This document shows positions 40,751 to 56,300 of a stretch of DNA of 64,000 nucleotides, piece after piece; positions within the stretch are counted from its first letter, which is position 1, and each line of letters starts with the position of its first letter. This DNA comes from Bugula neritina (Eukaryota; Animalia; Bryozoa): NCBI GenBank assembly GCA_964035545.1, contig OZ037773.1, positions 5,733,751-5,797,750 of the forward strand. Reading direction: 5' to 3'. The position numbers were made by a program, and so were the translations under genes. Under the pieces are notes generated by a model. The model was not told the DNA's origin. It did not search any database and worked only from the letters and a program-made list of their open reading frames with translations.

Positions 40751-41614
40751 TAAAGTTCTTGATTCTAAAAATAGATTACTCTACACAGCATAATAATTGT
40801 GGATAATTTGAGTCTCTTATTATCATTGAATAATTACCCAGCAACCTGGCCACCAAATTTAATAATACCTGTTATGTAAAATGTAACTCATTTCAATTAA
40901 CTAAGCATTCCTGCACTTTATGTTGACATTTCCAAGAGTATTAAATATTTATGTAAATTGTCAGATATTTCTACCTAAAATGGCTGCATGTTGCTGTGTT
41001 TGCCCAAATTAATGGAGTCAATTGCAAACTAAAATCTATGAAGTAAAAATAAAGAATGCGGAATGTCTTATTTAATTTAGGCGAGAAATTCAGACAGGCT
41101 TTTCAAGCCGTCCCTTATCAAAGACATGGCCTATAAGAGGCTATATATCAAATATATTATATATATATATTGTATATATTATATATATCAAATATATTAT
41201 GTATCAAATATATGTCTTATAATGAGCTACATGAGTATTTCTAAGTTTAACTAGAAGTTACTTATTTATAAAAGGCTCCATGTTTTATAACTTTTGTAGA
41301 TTCATGATAATTGACAAATTTTGATAAAATATTGCATTTGTTTACAGTAGAAGTAGAATGCAATTGCTAAAATATTTTCACGTCCCATGAGCCATATATT
41401 TTTTATTTTTTTAAAGTGATAACAAAAATTGCTCTTAATGTAGCAACTGCTGCTTAGTGAAACAATGTTACTCTATTTATGTTGAACTTTTAGTTCACAT
41501 GCAACATTTTTGTTAAGGTCATATTTTAAAAAATTGTGCTTTGTTTTTTTTCACATTGTTTTCAAAGCTTGAAGTATATACTAAATACAAAATAATTTTA
41601 ATTTAAAATCATAC

Positions 41615-41700
41615 CTGACTGAAATGCAGGGGGATAATAGCTTGACAGTTTCTTGAACACTTGTAGAGTCCTCGATAGCTTAGTAGTCAGCTGCGTATAT
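41615..41700 (-). other. Probable non-coding 5' UTR exon of the FReD gene
   Basis: Minus-strand CAG|GTATGA donor near 41614, and a TTTTAG acceptor about 15 nt upstream of the FReD ATG (40750). The upstream boundary is a guess. Confidence 0.4.
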
Positions 41701-44353
41701 TATGCTGAGCTGATGTGTAATGTTACGTATAAGCAGCAGCTAAGATTGGCACACGTTCACCCTATCACCTGCAGACTCTACTGATCAGCATTGGCATAGC
41801 TACTGCTAAATATTGGGTGCTGCTGCTGACTCTAAAGTGTTATCAACGAATTAATCATGCCCTGAAAATAAAGCAGGTGGATCCAGCTTAATGCAATCAC
41901 AGGGGTTCTAAAGTTTCAAACCTCTACAACGTACTACAAGGTATTGTTAAAGTCTACGGCTTAGTACACAGGTCAATACTACAACACATAGCTTTTTTTA
42001 TAAAACTGATATTTATGTATGCATTTTTAAAAGTAGTTGTTTTAGTCCCCCCCTCCCCCTTACTGCCTTAGTGCTGCACACCACTGTGCTATTGTAAAAA
42101 AGTTTGTTGACTCAGAAATAGCTGGAGGCTGTTAAGAAATCAAAGAATAGAAGAATTCAGGCCTGAAGCTACTGGGAGGTCTATTGTTATAGCAATGTTC
42201 TTTTTGTGATATCTAATGTGTGTTATTAGGTCTTCCTACCGAGTGAGTACTCAGCCCATTATCAGATAGCCCTAGGCACCAACCTTAAGTATTGGAAGTT
42301 TTTGCACATGTCCCACAATGTATTTGTACTTCATAAGTGTAGCTAATAAGTTTTACCTTTGATATATAGGTCGGGTTATGGAGCTCATATAAAATGACAG
42401 ACTTTAGTCCCTTAAAACAGCATTATAGATTTATTATGTATATTTTGTGATAATGTATATCACCAGAAAAATTCAAAAGATTAAAAATTTTAAGTTTTCA
42501 GTTTGAATGACATGAAACTTTAATGTTAGCACTAAATTTATAACTAAAATATAAAATAATTTTTTTTTTATTAAACAGCTTTACAAAATACAAAATCTTT
42601 CAAAAATTCTGCATTTAGCAAATATTAGATATAAATACAATATGCGATTTTTAGGCAATAAAAAATACAATAGGCCAATTGATGAGATCATTTTAACCAC
42701 CATGCAGGATGGCAAATTTATTTTGGATAGCCAGCTTGAAGGTTGTTCTATCGAAGAAAATCTAGCTTTTAATATTTATGCCCATAAGCATTACAAACAG
42801 CACACACAAGTTTGATAAACAAAGTTAGGTGAATAAAATACCTAAGATAAAACAAGATGTACTTCATTTTTGAACTCTATCCTCCTTCGAATAACTTCAC
42901 CTATATAGAAATAGATATGATTGAGAAGTTAAAGTTCTTTGACATTTTTAGCCTGCTGGGCAAAGAAAGTGCTTGATACTAGAAAAAATACTTCGCTACA
43001 GATTTTCCACACAAATATTTGGCCACAATGACATGGAGCTGCATAGTTGTGTCTTAGGAGCTGTTACTGAGACCATTCTGAACACAATGAGTACAATGGG
43101 TACAGCTGCAGGGGTTACACTTAGGCAGTGTCAAATGGTTGTATAATCTGCTGATGAAGGAATGTAACAGTCAATGACTCCACTCGATAAAACAAATAAT
43201 ATAATTTAATTAGCCATACATCAACAGTTTAAATAAAACACTGACTACTATAGGGCCCCAGAGCATTGCCTATTCATGGGTGCTCAAGCTTTCAGGGTGC
43301 TTAATTTTGGGCCAATGTTGCTCAAAGGGGCCCAAACACACTCTAGCACGACAATAAACATTGACTGTGTCTACCACTACTGCCAAAACATAGACAGCTT
43401 GCTTTAGATAATAGAAATAATAAAATGAGTCAGACATTTGATAGTTATATTCAAAGCTTTATGATAGTGTAACGTGATGCTATGTGAATATTACAATATT
43501 ACAACAAGAAAGCGTTCAGATTATTTACTTTTTGAATTTAATTATATATAACGGAGCAATTAAAAATTCATTTATTATGTGCAAGTATGTTTTAACTTGT
43601 TGGATTATTGCTTATTTACTGCTGCAACTTTTGATCATCTTTACAATAGATACATTGTTCTATTTGTAATCCTAATTTGAATGGTGAATCTTGTCAAGAC
43701 AGACCGAGGGGGTTTATCTATAAAAAGCACAATTGAGCCATTCATTTGACAGCTAGTATCTAACTTTTCGATTTGATTATTACAGCTTCATCCATTCTAT
43801 AGAAATCGATTATAAAATATTGACACACTGTCAATGTTATATAATTGATTGTTGACAAATTTCAAATCTGAAAACAGTTTCATTAATGAAAACAGAATAC
43901 CTTATTTTGCTTTAGATCGTGAGAAAACAGTGTTGTTTAGACTTATGTAACTTTCTTTCATGAACTTGCAGACTCAATTATGTCTCACAACAAAGCTATT
44001 GTTAGCTGAAGGTAACAAACTGACTTATTCAAATCGATGAAGTCTGATCAGATTTGTGAGAAGCTTACCGTCTGAGAAATAGGAAAATAAATAAAATTGA
44101 AAAACAGTTATGTTATTCCAATTTTCTATTTTATTGAAACTATATTACACAATTTGTTAATATCCAGATACAGACTTTAGCAATTTAATTCTAAAAAATT
44201 AAAAATACTTGCTAAAGCAATCTGCTCATAAATATGCTATCAGTACAACATAATGAAATCATTGCATAAAATATATCATTACATTCCAACTCAAACATAA
44301 ATATTTATCACAGTTTGTATCACAGTAAGAATATTCTGCACATGTGCTGTATT

Positions 44354-47300
44354 TCAATCGTCAACGTCAACGTCTATATCGGTCGGCCCAACTATATTCA
44401 GCACGCGATAAGGATCTTTACTTGGACTATAATTTTCCTTTTGTCTGATTGGTGGCAGAGGTGCTCTTTTGTTCAGTTGACGAGATCCTAAAAATAGATT
44501 TACATCAAATTATTGCTAAAATAACTTCTTTTGAAGAAACCTTTGGTGAACAGATAAGGCTGGTAGAGAGCAATGATATTATCTAACAGTTGTGACTGTA
44601 ATATAAGGATGTTCAAAGAATTGAATTCAAAATGCACAGAGTTGGACAGTTTTCAAATGATATATGCTGATAGCTTACTGGGTCAAGGTGGGAAAACCCT
44701 AAGCATGGCCTATTTACCGACCATAGAAGCAAGTTTTGTTCGTCTAATGTTTCAATCAGGGTTGCTCAACAGGCAGCCGCAGGGCCAGATGCGGCCCCCA
44801 GCCCACATTTATGTGGCCCTCCAAGGCATAACAAATGAAATTATTTTGCACACGTATATGAATTAGAGTGGAAAAACCACTTCTTAAACGTCTAATTTAT
44901 ACACGTGTTGAAAAATGAATTCTACAGTAATTATTGGGACTTCATTGCGTAATGAGTGATAAGAATTTGAAATAAAGAAATTTACAATGCGGCCTGCGTC
45001 ATGAAATATTCCATTTCAGTGGCACTCTCTCTGGAAAGGTTGGACACCACTGGTTTAAATTTAACCAAATTTAGCAATTTATCAAGCTCAAAATACACTC
45101 TAATGCTTTGCCATGCATATTTTTAGTTGCGCCAATTTCAAATTGGTTATGTGTTTTTATTGCACTAAACACAAGCAAACAGTGGAAAAGGTAGCTACGA
45201 AGAAGGATGATATAGTTGAAACCTTTGACTGCCTTTGAGTTGTCAGCACTTGAAACTATGACCGTCTGCTGGCTGTTTTGACTGTCTATAGGGATTTCTA
45301 TGCCATACCTGAGGACAAAAGTGGAGATTATTATATTACTGTAAGTTGTAAATAGTGTTATAGTTAGTTAGATAGATAGAGTACATAGCTAGATAGTTAA
45401 GGGAGCAACTATGGTCTAGACTCTAGAGGTTAGAGTGTTTGCCAAATAAGCACAAAGTCATGGGTTCGAACCCTGACAAAGGCCATTGGTGATGTTAGGA
45501 AGAGCATCCAGTCATAATTGCTCCTGTGTCCCATCTGAATAAGTCCTTAGCCAGATTTACCAAAAACTCTTTCCATCAGCGGCTTTCTCACAGGAATGGT
45601 GACTATAAATTTGTGTGAGTTTTTATATACATAAATAGATAGATAGATATATAGTTATATAGTGATATAGTTAGATAGATAGATAGCTAGATAGAGTAGA
45701 TAGGTAGATAAATGAATAGAGTAGATAGAAATATAGATATAGTAAATGGCTTTATATTTAAACAATAGTATAAACTACTAATAGTCCAAGCTTCTTGCAG
45801 CCTAGACCAACTATATAAGGGTCTAACAAAAGTTAAGATTAAAAAGTGTTGTTGGTGTATCTTAGAAACACAAAAAGCTTGTCGTGGAGCTGTCGCAACG
45901 CTCTCATTACGATTTTTTATTAACCTGAAGCTTACTCATTGAGTAATTATTGGTGTTTATCATTGTCATCGCAGGAGTGGTCAGTTTGTACTCACTAACT
46001 CAGACTGTAGTAAAATCAATAAATAAATACTAAGAACTGTTTACACAGTCTGGAGAGGTCAAATAAGTAAGAGCCGGAGGCATTTAGGCCTGCAAAGTAG
46101 TCATTCATAAACAAATGTGTCATCGTCATAGCAACTCAACCAACTTAAATAGGTTTTTAAAAAAATAATTTTTATTGAAGGTTTCTTTAATCACTTTGTT
46201 TCGTAAAATAATATTCTGTAGGCTTATTTATCACTAAGATTTCATTAGGAGTTGTGTTAACAATTTCTCAATAATTAAAGACTTCTTCAGATCATGATAA
46301 GACATTTGACCTTGACACTATATCCATATACCAACAACTTACTCATGAAGCTGCTGTTGCTGATGCACAAACTCCCTGCCCGGCTGAGATGCCTTATCGT
46401 GCGTTTGTTCACCTCGAGTATTCATAGAAGATTCTACAGTTTCCCGCTCTTCAACTGCAAACAGAAAATAAATTCGGGAATAGTTCAATTAAATGAAAAT
46501 CTAGATAAATTTACATGACATTTAGCTAAGTTAAACACAATTCATTGATCAGAACAAAAACAATGCAAGATAAAACAACTTCCTTCTACTAGTAGGACTC
46601 AAGTATTGATTAAATAACAGGCAGATATGAAATATTATAGATTGTTTGATTCTCAACATAAGTGCATTCACCTTGCAATCTATCAATGCATGTTACTCTA
46701 GCCAACAAAAAATCTAATTTCCTAGCCAATAAGAATAGAGCAAAACATTTTCTGCCTTACAATAACAAATAACCAAATTTACCAACACGGTCAAGATTAC
46801 TTATGCCATTTTTAAAATACTTTTTTAAGTAATGAATCTAATAATTCTAAACATCATCACCTAAAAAATGTAACAACTTAGCCAATGAACATGCAGACAG
46901 AACCAATGAAATTGATTCACAGCTGAATGCACAAATGTACGTCTGACACACTAAAACACTGAATACTAAAATGCGACTTCTGTGGTCCAAGATTAGATGC
47001 TAACAGCTCAGCAGACGTGCTGTACGCTTATTCCGTGCTGCAGTGTAAACAAGACTGAAGTGCCATTTGTTGAAAAATATTTAAAATGATAAACAAGAAT
47101 TGCTACTTTTTGGTCTCCTGTCAGCCACTGTGTCAAGGAAGCTGCTAAGGTTGGAGAGTTCAGAGTTCATATCCTCGCTGACGTGCTCCACAACCACTGA
47201 TCTCTTTGCCGAGAGCTCAAGCACATCTGCTAATTTCTGTAGGATGTCTAGATCTCTTTGGGTCATCTGCTGCTCCATAGCCGTGTCGTTGGTCCACGCC

Positions 47301-50300
47301 GTGGTCAGGAGAGCTGTAACAATACGCACCTTATTCATAATATAGAGTAACTTAGTTGAGCTACTTTACATTGTAGTTGAGTCATATTAATTTTACTGAA
47401 TGCAGTCAGTAACCAAATCACCCAAATCCTTGATACTTGTATCTGAGATACAAATATTATGATACAACTTTTTGGGTTATATTTTATTACCTGGTTGTTT
47501 ATTTAGCGATTTAATCATTGCTGAGACAAAGTGGTTACCCTACACCTAGAAAAGGATGTACTATAACTACAAGAGGAAATGCTATAACTAAAACATAACA
47601 TGCTATAACTAGAAGCGTACATGCTACAACTGGAAGAGTTAAATGCTATGACTATAAAAGGAAATGCTATAATCAGGAAATTACATGCTATAATCAGGAA
47701 AGTACATGCTATAATTAGAGAAATATATGCTATAACTGGAAGAGCACATGCTATAATTAGAAGAGAATACTGTGACATGAAATAAAAGACACATTCAGTA
47801 TGCACCTTTGAGAAAGTCGTATTCTACTCTCAGTTTCTTGATATCTTCTGCACATGTCACCAAATCTGACTTCATGGTGACCAGATCGGCGGCCATTTGC
47901 ACGTTGCTGTCGGTAAACCTCTGATTTTCCTGAAACCAACAACTGAGAAAACTGAAGAAATGTGAAAAAAATCATACAAATCAATTTATATTCACATTTA
48001 AATCCAACTCTATGGGTACCATGTCTGTGAGTATATAAGGTGTGTTGACAGGTCTGTGAATAGACTGAGTTCTATAAGGATATTGACTTACATCTGCGAT
48101 AGTCTGCAGTTTGGTGCCCACCACATAGACTTGCCTCTCCAGCTCTGCAGCTTCTGAAAGCTGAGATTTCATGTTGGCCAGGAAAGTCTCTCTGTGAGTT
48201 TTCAACTCTTTGTTGAGCTCAGGCTATGGTTGATAAAAATTGAAGTTAAATAAGCTAGGCAGATAGTTGTGTACCAAACACACATAAGTTAATAAAAGTT
48301 CCATACATGTATGTTTACAAATACTGTACAAAATTAACAAGAAATGTTGTGAAATAAGCAGTATATATGTGCTTGGACTGGTTGGTTGTTATTTCGACTT
48401 GCAAGTTAAGCTAGATCAAGTCAATGGCCGCCTTCAATAACATAAATCATGTAACAACATTGCATTGATTTGAAGCCACCATGTTCAGCTGATTCAGGTT
48501 TAAAACCTGCTAAGTTTCAGTTTGTCAGTGTAATACTCTTTCTTGTTGATCTGCATGATCCCTACTCACTATTTCTGACAATATCTAAGAAACATATAAG
48601 CATTTGTGAAGCACAGGAGGCAGGCGTAAGTCTGTTTTATAGTTAAACTTTCATCATGAAAAGTTTGATAAAAAAAACCGGGGCATTATTTCTAAAGAAT
48701 TTGAATAACCAAATGTTAGCAAGCTTTTCTAGTTCCACATTGCTAACTATATATAAAGCTTTCATCTATATATCGTAATTTAGAATTACTATATATTTGA
48801 GCTGTAAATGAAACAACACACATTTTTTTGGTCAAAACAAACAGCCAGAAAAGGATCTTTACTCTTCTCTGTCTAATTGTAAGAGAGAAAACATCAGACA
48901 TTTTGCTACAAGTACCTGAGGTTTGATGGCTTTTTCTATCGCTAACTTGGTCCTTTTAACTTGATCTTCAAGGGATGCCTTTTGAGATTTCATGCCTTAA
49001 TAGAAGCAAAGGAGGGTTAAAGTAATTTCATCAGATTTAGATTGACGGAGTATTAGACTGAATGATCAAAAAGTTGTGACAGCTTAGATGAGATTCAATA
49101 AACTTTATTTTATATGAAATCAAATGCAGTTGAAATGAGGTTGTACACATAAACCCGGATGTTTTATTGGAGAAATATTGAGACATTAATGACAAATAAT
49201 AGAGAATAACGGAATGGATGAATTTTTGTTTGCGGTCTGCATTAACTTATGGTTATAGTTTCATTAGATGCAGCTGTCTATAAACATCTAACGAAAAGTC
49301 CATTCCCATAACGCAAAGCTTGAAATACAGTGATTACGATGTAGGCATGTGGAAAAGAAAATCTTTAGGTGAAAGTTGATATAGATGAGTATTTCTGTCA
49401 ATGTAAGACATGCATGTAGTGGAGATGTACACATGTAATAGTAAACCTACTAGAAGTGTGGCCTCTCCAGCGAGTTGCAATTTGACTTACAGTCCCAATT
49501 TTCTTTGCAGTGTCAGCTAAACTAGCTGTGATTGGACGATGAACGTGAATGGAAGGAGAAAGAGTTTCTGATTGGTTAGAAGCTAGTGGTATGCAGAAAG
49601 GTGTAGACATGAAATAAATCTTAGTATAAGATAAAGGTTTAAAAACATGTTAGAAGACATGAATGGAAGAGAAAATAAGATAAAAAGCAATTAGAAGTTT
49701 GTGAATTGTTATAAAGATATTCAACATGGATAATAGAGAACATGTGAAGATATGTAGATGTTAGAGAGAAATGTGTAGCCATAGAGTAAATGACCAGCCT
49801 GTGCTTTAACTTACCTCTTCATTACTACCACCCTATCACAATCCTAAACCACCACTACCACCCCATCACAATCCTGAACCACCCTGCCACCAACAAACTG
49901 GTCACCTGTTTCCACGGGTAAGAGATACTCAGTCTACAGGTATACTCACCTGTCACCTGTTTCCACAGGTAAGGGATACTCAGACTACAGGTATACTCAC
50001 CTGTCACCTGTTTCTTTAGCCTGTCAAACTCTGCCTGCGTCTCATTAAACTCCTCGGTCTGTTTAGCATAAGCTGGCACTTTGACCTCTAACGCTTCTTT
50101 GACGTCTTTGCTCATATCTTCGTATCGCTTTATTTCACTCTAAAACGCAGATTTAAATTCACTCCCTGTTTGCTATTTTGTTGAAAAAGATTTTTAGAGA
50201 TAAAATGCATTTTACAAAAAACATTTGTCTGTTTAATTGTGTTACTAATAAAGACGAAAATATAAAACCAAGAAAGAATGGGCACAAAGTGCGAGTGAGT

Positions 50301-53300
50301 AAAATAAGAAATTCTTTAAATGATAACATTTCCAAGTTCACACACAATGATATGTGAGATGAACAATAATTTCTGTGCATTTCAACTATAAGATATATCT
50401 AAGACTGCGTAAGTGCAAATCCCTACCTTTTCAGTTATTTCTGCCACCTAAACCAATCATACATACAATTCAAAGTTCAAAAAGCTCTCAGTTACTTTTT
50501 ACCTACATTTTATTAGCAGCTAAAGTCTCACAACTGGTAAGACAAAAGTTTCCCTCAACTCCCAATGCTACCACATCTATTATAAGTACTTTCAAACCTA
50601 TTATCTTACGCTATGCTACCACATCTATTACAGCTCACGTCTGAGCGACCTCAAATGAATTTAAAAGCAGTACGAGAGTGAATGGGTTATGATAAAAAGG
50701 TGGGCTCACATCACGCAGCATTAGCTTCTTGATAAAATAAATATAAAAATAACTATCGCTCAAATACAGTTATATTATATATATTTTGCCGCCTCCAGAC
50801 AAATAGGAATGCTTAATATCTGTTAGTTGCAGGAAGAAAAAGTAGCTTAAAATGCCCCACCCGCTTACGAAATTTCACACATTCTCATTCAACAACGGCT
50901 GTTTTTAGGACCAGTTTTAAGGCTACATTAATAGGCGTTGGGAAGGTTTGAGCCTAAATTTTATCAGAATAAATGTTAGAAATGTTATTTACCAACCCGC
51001 TGCTTTGTTACAAAATATAGCAAACATCCAGGCATTTCAGCATGTCCTGCCACAACAAGGGCACTATGCACACTGAAAAGCTGTAAATAATTCTTCAGTC
51101 TACACATAGTGTATTTTTATTTCAGTTCTTATTCATGTATTTTCTTTTGTGAGTTGAATATTTGATCAATTAAAAATAATTTCTTTTAAGCTAGTCTTTA
51201 TTTAAATATCAAACATAATCTACTAGCTCTAGACACAACTAGTTGCAGTAACTTTGAGCCGATCACTTAGTAATCAGCTTGCATTTCTTCTAAAGTTATA
51301 CGTATAAACCACTTTCTGTAAAATATCTCATCCTCAATAACTTGTAGAATTTTCAACACAAACCAGCTAATATAGCCACCAGTTCGTAAAATGTCAATTT
51401 TTATAATTTAAAAAACGTAGTTTCAATTTCTATTCTAATTTAAATTGAACATTTTAAAACACCTTCCTTCTATCCCAGCTGTAAAATCACAATCTACCGT
51501 GGCTGCCACGCCCACTTAGCATGATTGCCACGCCCACTCAATATAATTGCCACGCCCACTCAATATGATTGCTACGCCCACTCAGTATGAATATCTAAAC
51601 CCCAGCAACTAGCCTGAATATCGCACTAGCTACACACATACGGACAGACAGACAAACAGACAGATATAAAATCACGAAGAAGGCATCATGCAGTAAAATG
51701 AATAGACTTACAGTCAAAACCTCGGTCAATGATAAGTGAGAGTTGTTGTCAGACGTCTAACAACATCAACAATTGACAAAGTAAGCGAATTGTAAGCTGA
51801 TAGCTGATTGGCTGATAAACATCATTGAAACGAGACATCAATTATAAAATGCATACACAATGCGAACTATATAACTTCTTAAATTCTAGAATAAGCTGTT
51901 AAATTAGATTCTAATTATCTTGAGCTTTAAAAAACAAGATAAAGCACCAAAAAAATTAAAAAATTATTTAGCAAAAATATATCATATATTTAAGTATTTG
52001 GCTGATTATAAACAGGCCTTGCCAGAATCTAATTCATGCTCTGGTGCCAGTTATGAAAACTGTGCCTTGGCAATACTAAAGCTACTAAACAGCCTACTTT
52101 TAGTGCCGACAGTTGACTCTCGACTTCTGCTTTTCTCAGGTCAAAGTTCAATCTCTCCTCCCTCACTGTTATCTTAGCGACGTGGATTTTCTCGTCTAAC
52201 TCCTTCAGACCTCTCTGCAGATCTGTACCCTGTAATAATAGACTATGTAATACAAACAGCACACTGTTATCTTATAATATAGTTGTGTAGCATTCTAAAG
52301 AGTACTACAATATAACAGGTAAGGTAACTCCTAATATAGCGTCACATGGTAAGCTGCCTTTAATGAAATAAATATTTTGATAGTATAAAACTATAGGTAT
52401 AGGTATAAGGGTATAGGTACACGTGAGGTAGGCTTTATTATTATAAGTCAATTGAAATACCATATGTTATTCAAGTTATAATGTTATAAGCAAGTTATAA
52501 AAGTATGTATAAGGTAAGTTATAACAGTACGTATGTAAAGTAAGTTATAAAAGTAAGTTATAAGAGTACATGCAAAGTAAGTAGTATCAAAAGTAAGTTA
52601 TAAAAGTACGTATAAGGTAAGTTATAAAGGTACGAGTAAAGTAAGTAACAAAACACCTCTTGAGTGAGTGACTCATGCTGCTCCTTGCCCTGAGTCACCT
52701 TCTTGTTCACCGTAGCCATGAATCTATTATTAGAACTCTTGAACTCTTCCAGGGCTTTCTGGGCCACATCCTTCTTCTGCTGCACCTCCATTCTGGAACA
52801 AATCATATAATATTGTACAAGATGGTGGTATATATAATGTAATATAATATAGTATAATACAATAGCATATAATATAATATAATAATATATACAAGATGGT
52901 GGTATATAATGTAATTTAGTATAATATAGAATAATATAATAGCATATAATATAATATAATAATAAATATAAGAGGGTGGTATATAATGTAATTTAGTATA
53001 ATATAGAATAATATAATAGCATATAATATAATAATATATAAAATTATATAATAGTGTATAATTCAGCTTAATATAATGATATATAATGCAATGTAGTATA
53101 CTGTGATGCGATACAATGCAATTTAATATTGTATAATGTAATGAAATCTAGCACAAAACTTAATTTAATACAATATAATAGTATATAATAAAATAATGCA
53201 ATACATTATATTATAGTTTAATATAATATCATATAATCATACTTGTCTAAAATACAATACCTAAGTTAATACATTATTTTATATAATATAAAATTGAATT

Positions 53301-56300
53301 ATGTACTGTATTGTGTATCGTATTACTTTAATATATGGCGGAGATCATATTTTGATAACAAAAATTAATACTTTGCAATATCATACTACAGAAAATGATA
53401 ATTTATACACATTATGGTTCCCAGAAAATCAGATGACTAACAAAATCTTTCTAGAAACTTCCAACAAGTTATTGAAGGAACCAGCACCAAGTTTTATATT
53501 GCATGTTATTTTAACAAGTTTTCTATTCCAATTCATAAATAAACTGATTTTTTTTACAGCAGTCAAAACTTCTATTTTGATTTAGCTGTAGTTCCTAACA
53601 AAACCTATTTCACACTGCTGTAGGTCTACAAACCTCTCCTTTCTTTCTTTGCCGAGTTGCTCACGATACTCTTCTATTTGCCTGTTGAAGTTCTCTACAC
53701 ATATTCTAAAATAGCAAGTGAAAGCAACACAATCAAGCAAATTATATTTATTGCGTTTACTTCATTTAGATAATAAAATAAACAAAAAAAAACCTTTAGC
53801 CAGAAAAAGAATTTAAAACATACAAATAAGTCATACTTTCCAATGGTGAGTCATATACAAAAGTGCATAGTACGAAGTACACAGTGACTAGTAAGTTATA
53901 TACAAGAGTACATAGTATTAAAGTACACAGTCATTAATGAGTCACTCATATTCATATTGATCTATTTAGTGACTCACAAGTGAGTCTCTCCGAGAGCAAC
54001 GATTTCTTCTTCCATCCGACTCGTCTCCTCCCGCATCCGTGCGATATTCTCCTGCTTTCTCACGAGAGCTTGCTTAGCTTCCTGAAGACTACGTAACACA
54101 AAACACTAGTTTAAAATGTTTCATAACTATTCAGTAGCAGACTAAATAAATTTGGATTTGGCTGGTAAAACAAAAAACTAAAATACTTACAAAGTGATAT
54201 TTTATTTGAGATAACATAAAAATAATGAGAACAATGAAAATGCAAAGAAAGAAGTGTTTAATGCAAATCAAAATGCCCCCTACTTGCTGTAAATAAAATT
54301 TTCAAAACTTTTGAATTGATAAAACTTAACTGAAGCAAGTTCTAGCTATTAACATAACACAGCTAGAGCTGCACCCGTCGACTAGCTACTAATAGTAAAA
54401 CAAAGTGCTTTCACACACAGTCTGACATTAAGTTGAACCATCCCATCTCTAGTGAATGAGATTTATTGATTCAACTAATCATAAAACAGTATTTACTGGT
54501 TGCTCATACATTGAATGAAAAAGTAACTTTATGGCTACTAAAATCATAAATTATAAGCAAAAATACAAACAAAACTAATCAACATTGAGAAACTGTCTTA
54601 TCATTCCAAATTTAAGTCTTGCGTTGAGATTTGTTTCCCCTCCATAAAATGTTGCGTATGTAATTAAAACTTCAGGTTTGTCCAAATTAGAATGTTTCCA
54701 TGAACAGGTGGCAATCTTTAGCCATCAGAACTTTTTAGAGGACCCACAATGGTGTGTTTTGCACTCTGGCAAATTTTTAGATGAAAAGGCACCTTTAAAT
54801 TCCAGTGTACCCTAATTATAGCTAAGAATTTTAAGAATTGAGAATTTTTTAACCATTTCTAGCTGGAAACGTAATTTGATAAACTGCAACAAGTATTCCT
54901 CTATTTTCTATAAATACACAGTTCTTGCCAGCAATAAAATACTGTGCTTAAACTTTGTAGACAGGCCCTGATACTATCACACCAAACATATTTTCACAGC
55001 TGGCACACGGCAGAATGTTCTTTGCAAGTTAACTCAATCATATGTGCTGACTAACTTATTTGTAAATAAATTGTAAATAAACACTGCAACATAATAAATC
55101 AACCAGAGCATGGAATATACTTACACCCTGTAAAAAAAGAAAGTAATTAATTATTACACGTGGTATCACAATATTCAATTTATCATGCAAACAAGATAAA
55201 GTAAACGCAAAAATGTTACAATGAATAGTCATATAAGTTTCTAGTGTATATTAAGAAAGAATTTTAATTTCTTCTGTTAGCTGAAATTTATTCTGCTAAG
55301 CCAAAAGATATTTTTTAAAATATTAGCTTTTACCCTTTTTTGCTCTTTTAAGATAAAATACAGAAAATATATCTATAATAACTGCACAACAAGAAATAAA
55401 ATATAACAAAATGGAACAAATAATTGAACAGCTAGCACCAGGTTACCATTGCAATTGTTGGTGAACAGCTTCCCAGGGCTTGTCGGTGGGGATATGATAT
55501 CTATGTTTTCTATTGTGAATTGAGCAACAATGATACAAATGCTTGAATATAATAAATAACCTTGCCAGAAAATGATATTATGTTGCATGGAAATTAATTG
55601 TTGCACATCAAGTTTAACTAACTATGTCTATTTTCGGTCAAGAACAAGTGGTGAATATTTCAATGTGGTAGAAAATGTGACCCAGGTTTTGCTAGTTTCA
55701 GTATTTGTAATAATAAACAATAGTTGCCCGATTCATCATTTTCAAAGGCTTGAGCCTCAAAAGCTATAAATATAAAAGAGAGAGTTGGGTTTCTCCAACA
55801 AAACAAAAATGACACAAAAAATGTTTACTACTCGAAATATATCTCAATTCTTTTTCTAGATTAGAGATTAGCAATAGATGGTTTGCAATGTGATTGATCA
55901 AGTACAACAAATAGTTTCACTCACATTTCAAATGCTAATAAAATGGCAGACATAATTTAACTAGCAAACCCAAAGATAATTTAGCTGTTTCTCAACTCAC
56001 TAAACAATGTGCTTTCAATTGACATAAAATGAATTGATTTGATTAAATTACACTAACTGAAAACACCAATAGAAATCGAGACATTGAAAAATTTATAAAT
56101 CATGCAAAAAAATAAAAATCAAATTAAATAAATTGCAGTGCATTTATTTTGACATTTCACTTGTAGACTCAAAACATTTCAGTGCAAATAATATTGAACT
56201 ATCAAAAATCTAGTGAATACTTCAACATTATCATGTGCAGTCAGATCTGTGTAACCTATAAATACCTTACCATTCGCCACAGATTTTATAGTTTTCCAGC

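Noticed and set aside
42700-43200. Splice-like signals and GC-richer patches between the FReD and CCDC175 genes
   Set aside because: Candidate exons contain stops or cannot be joined into a coherent frame; no recognisable product.
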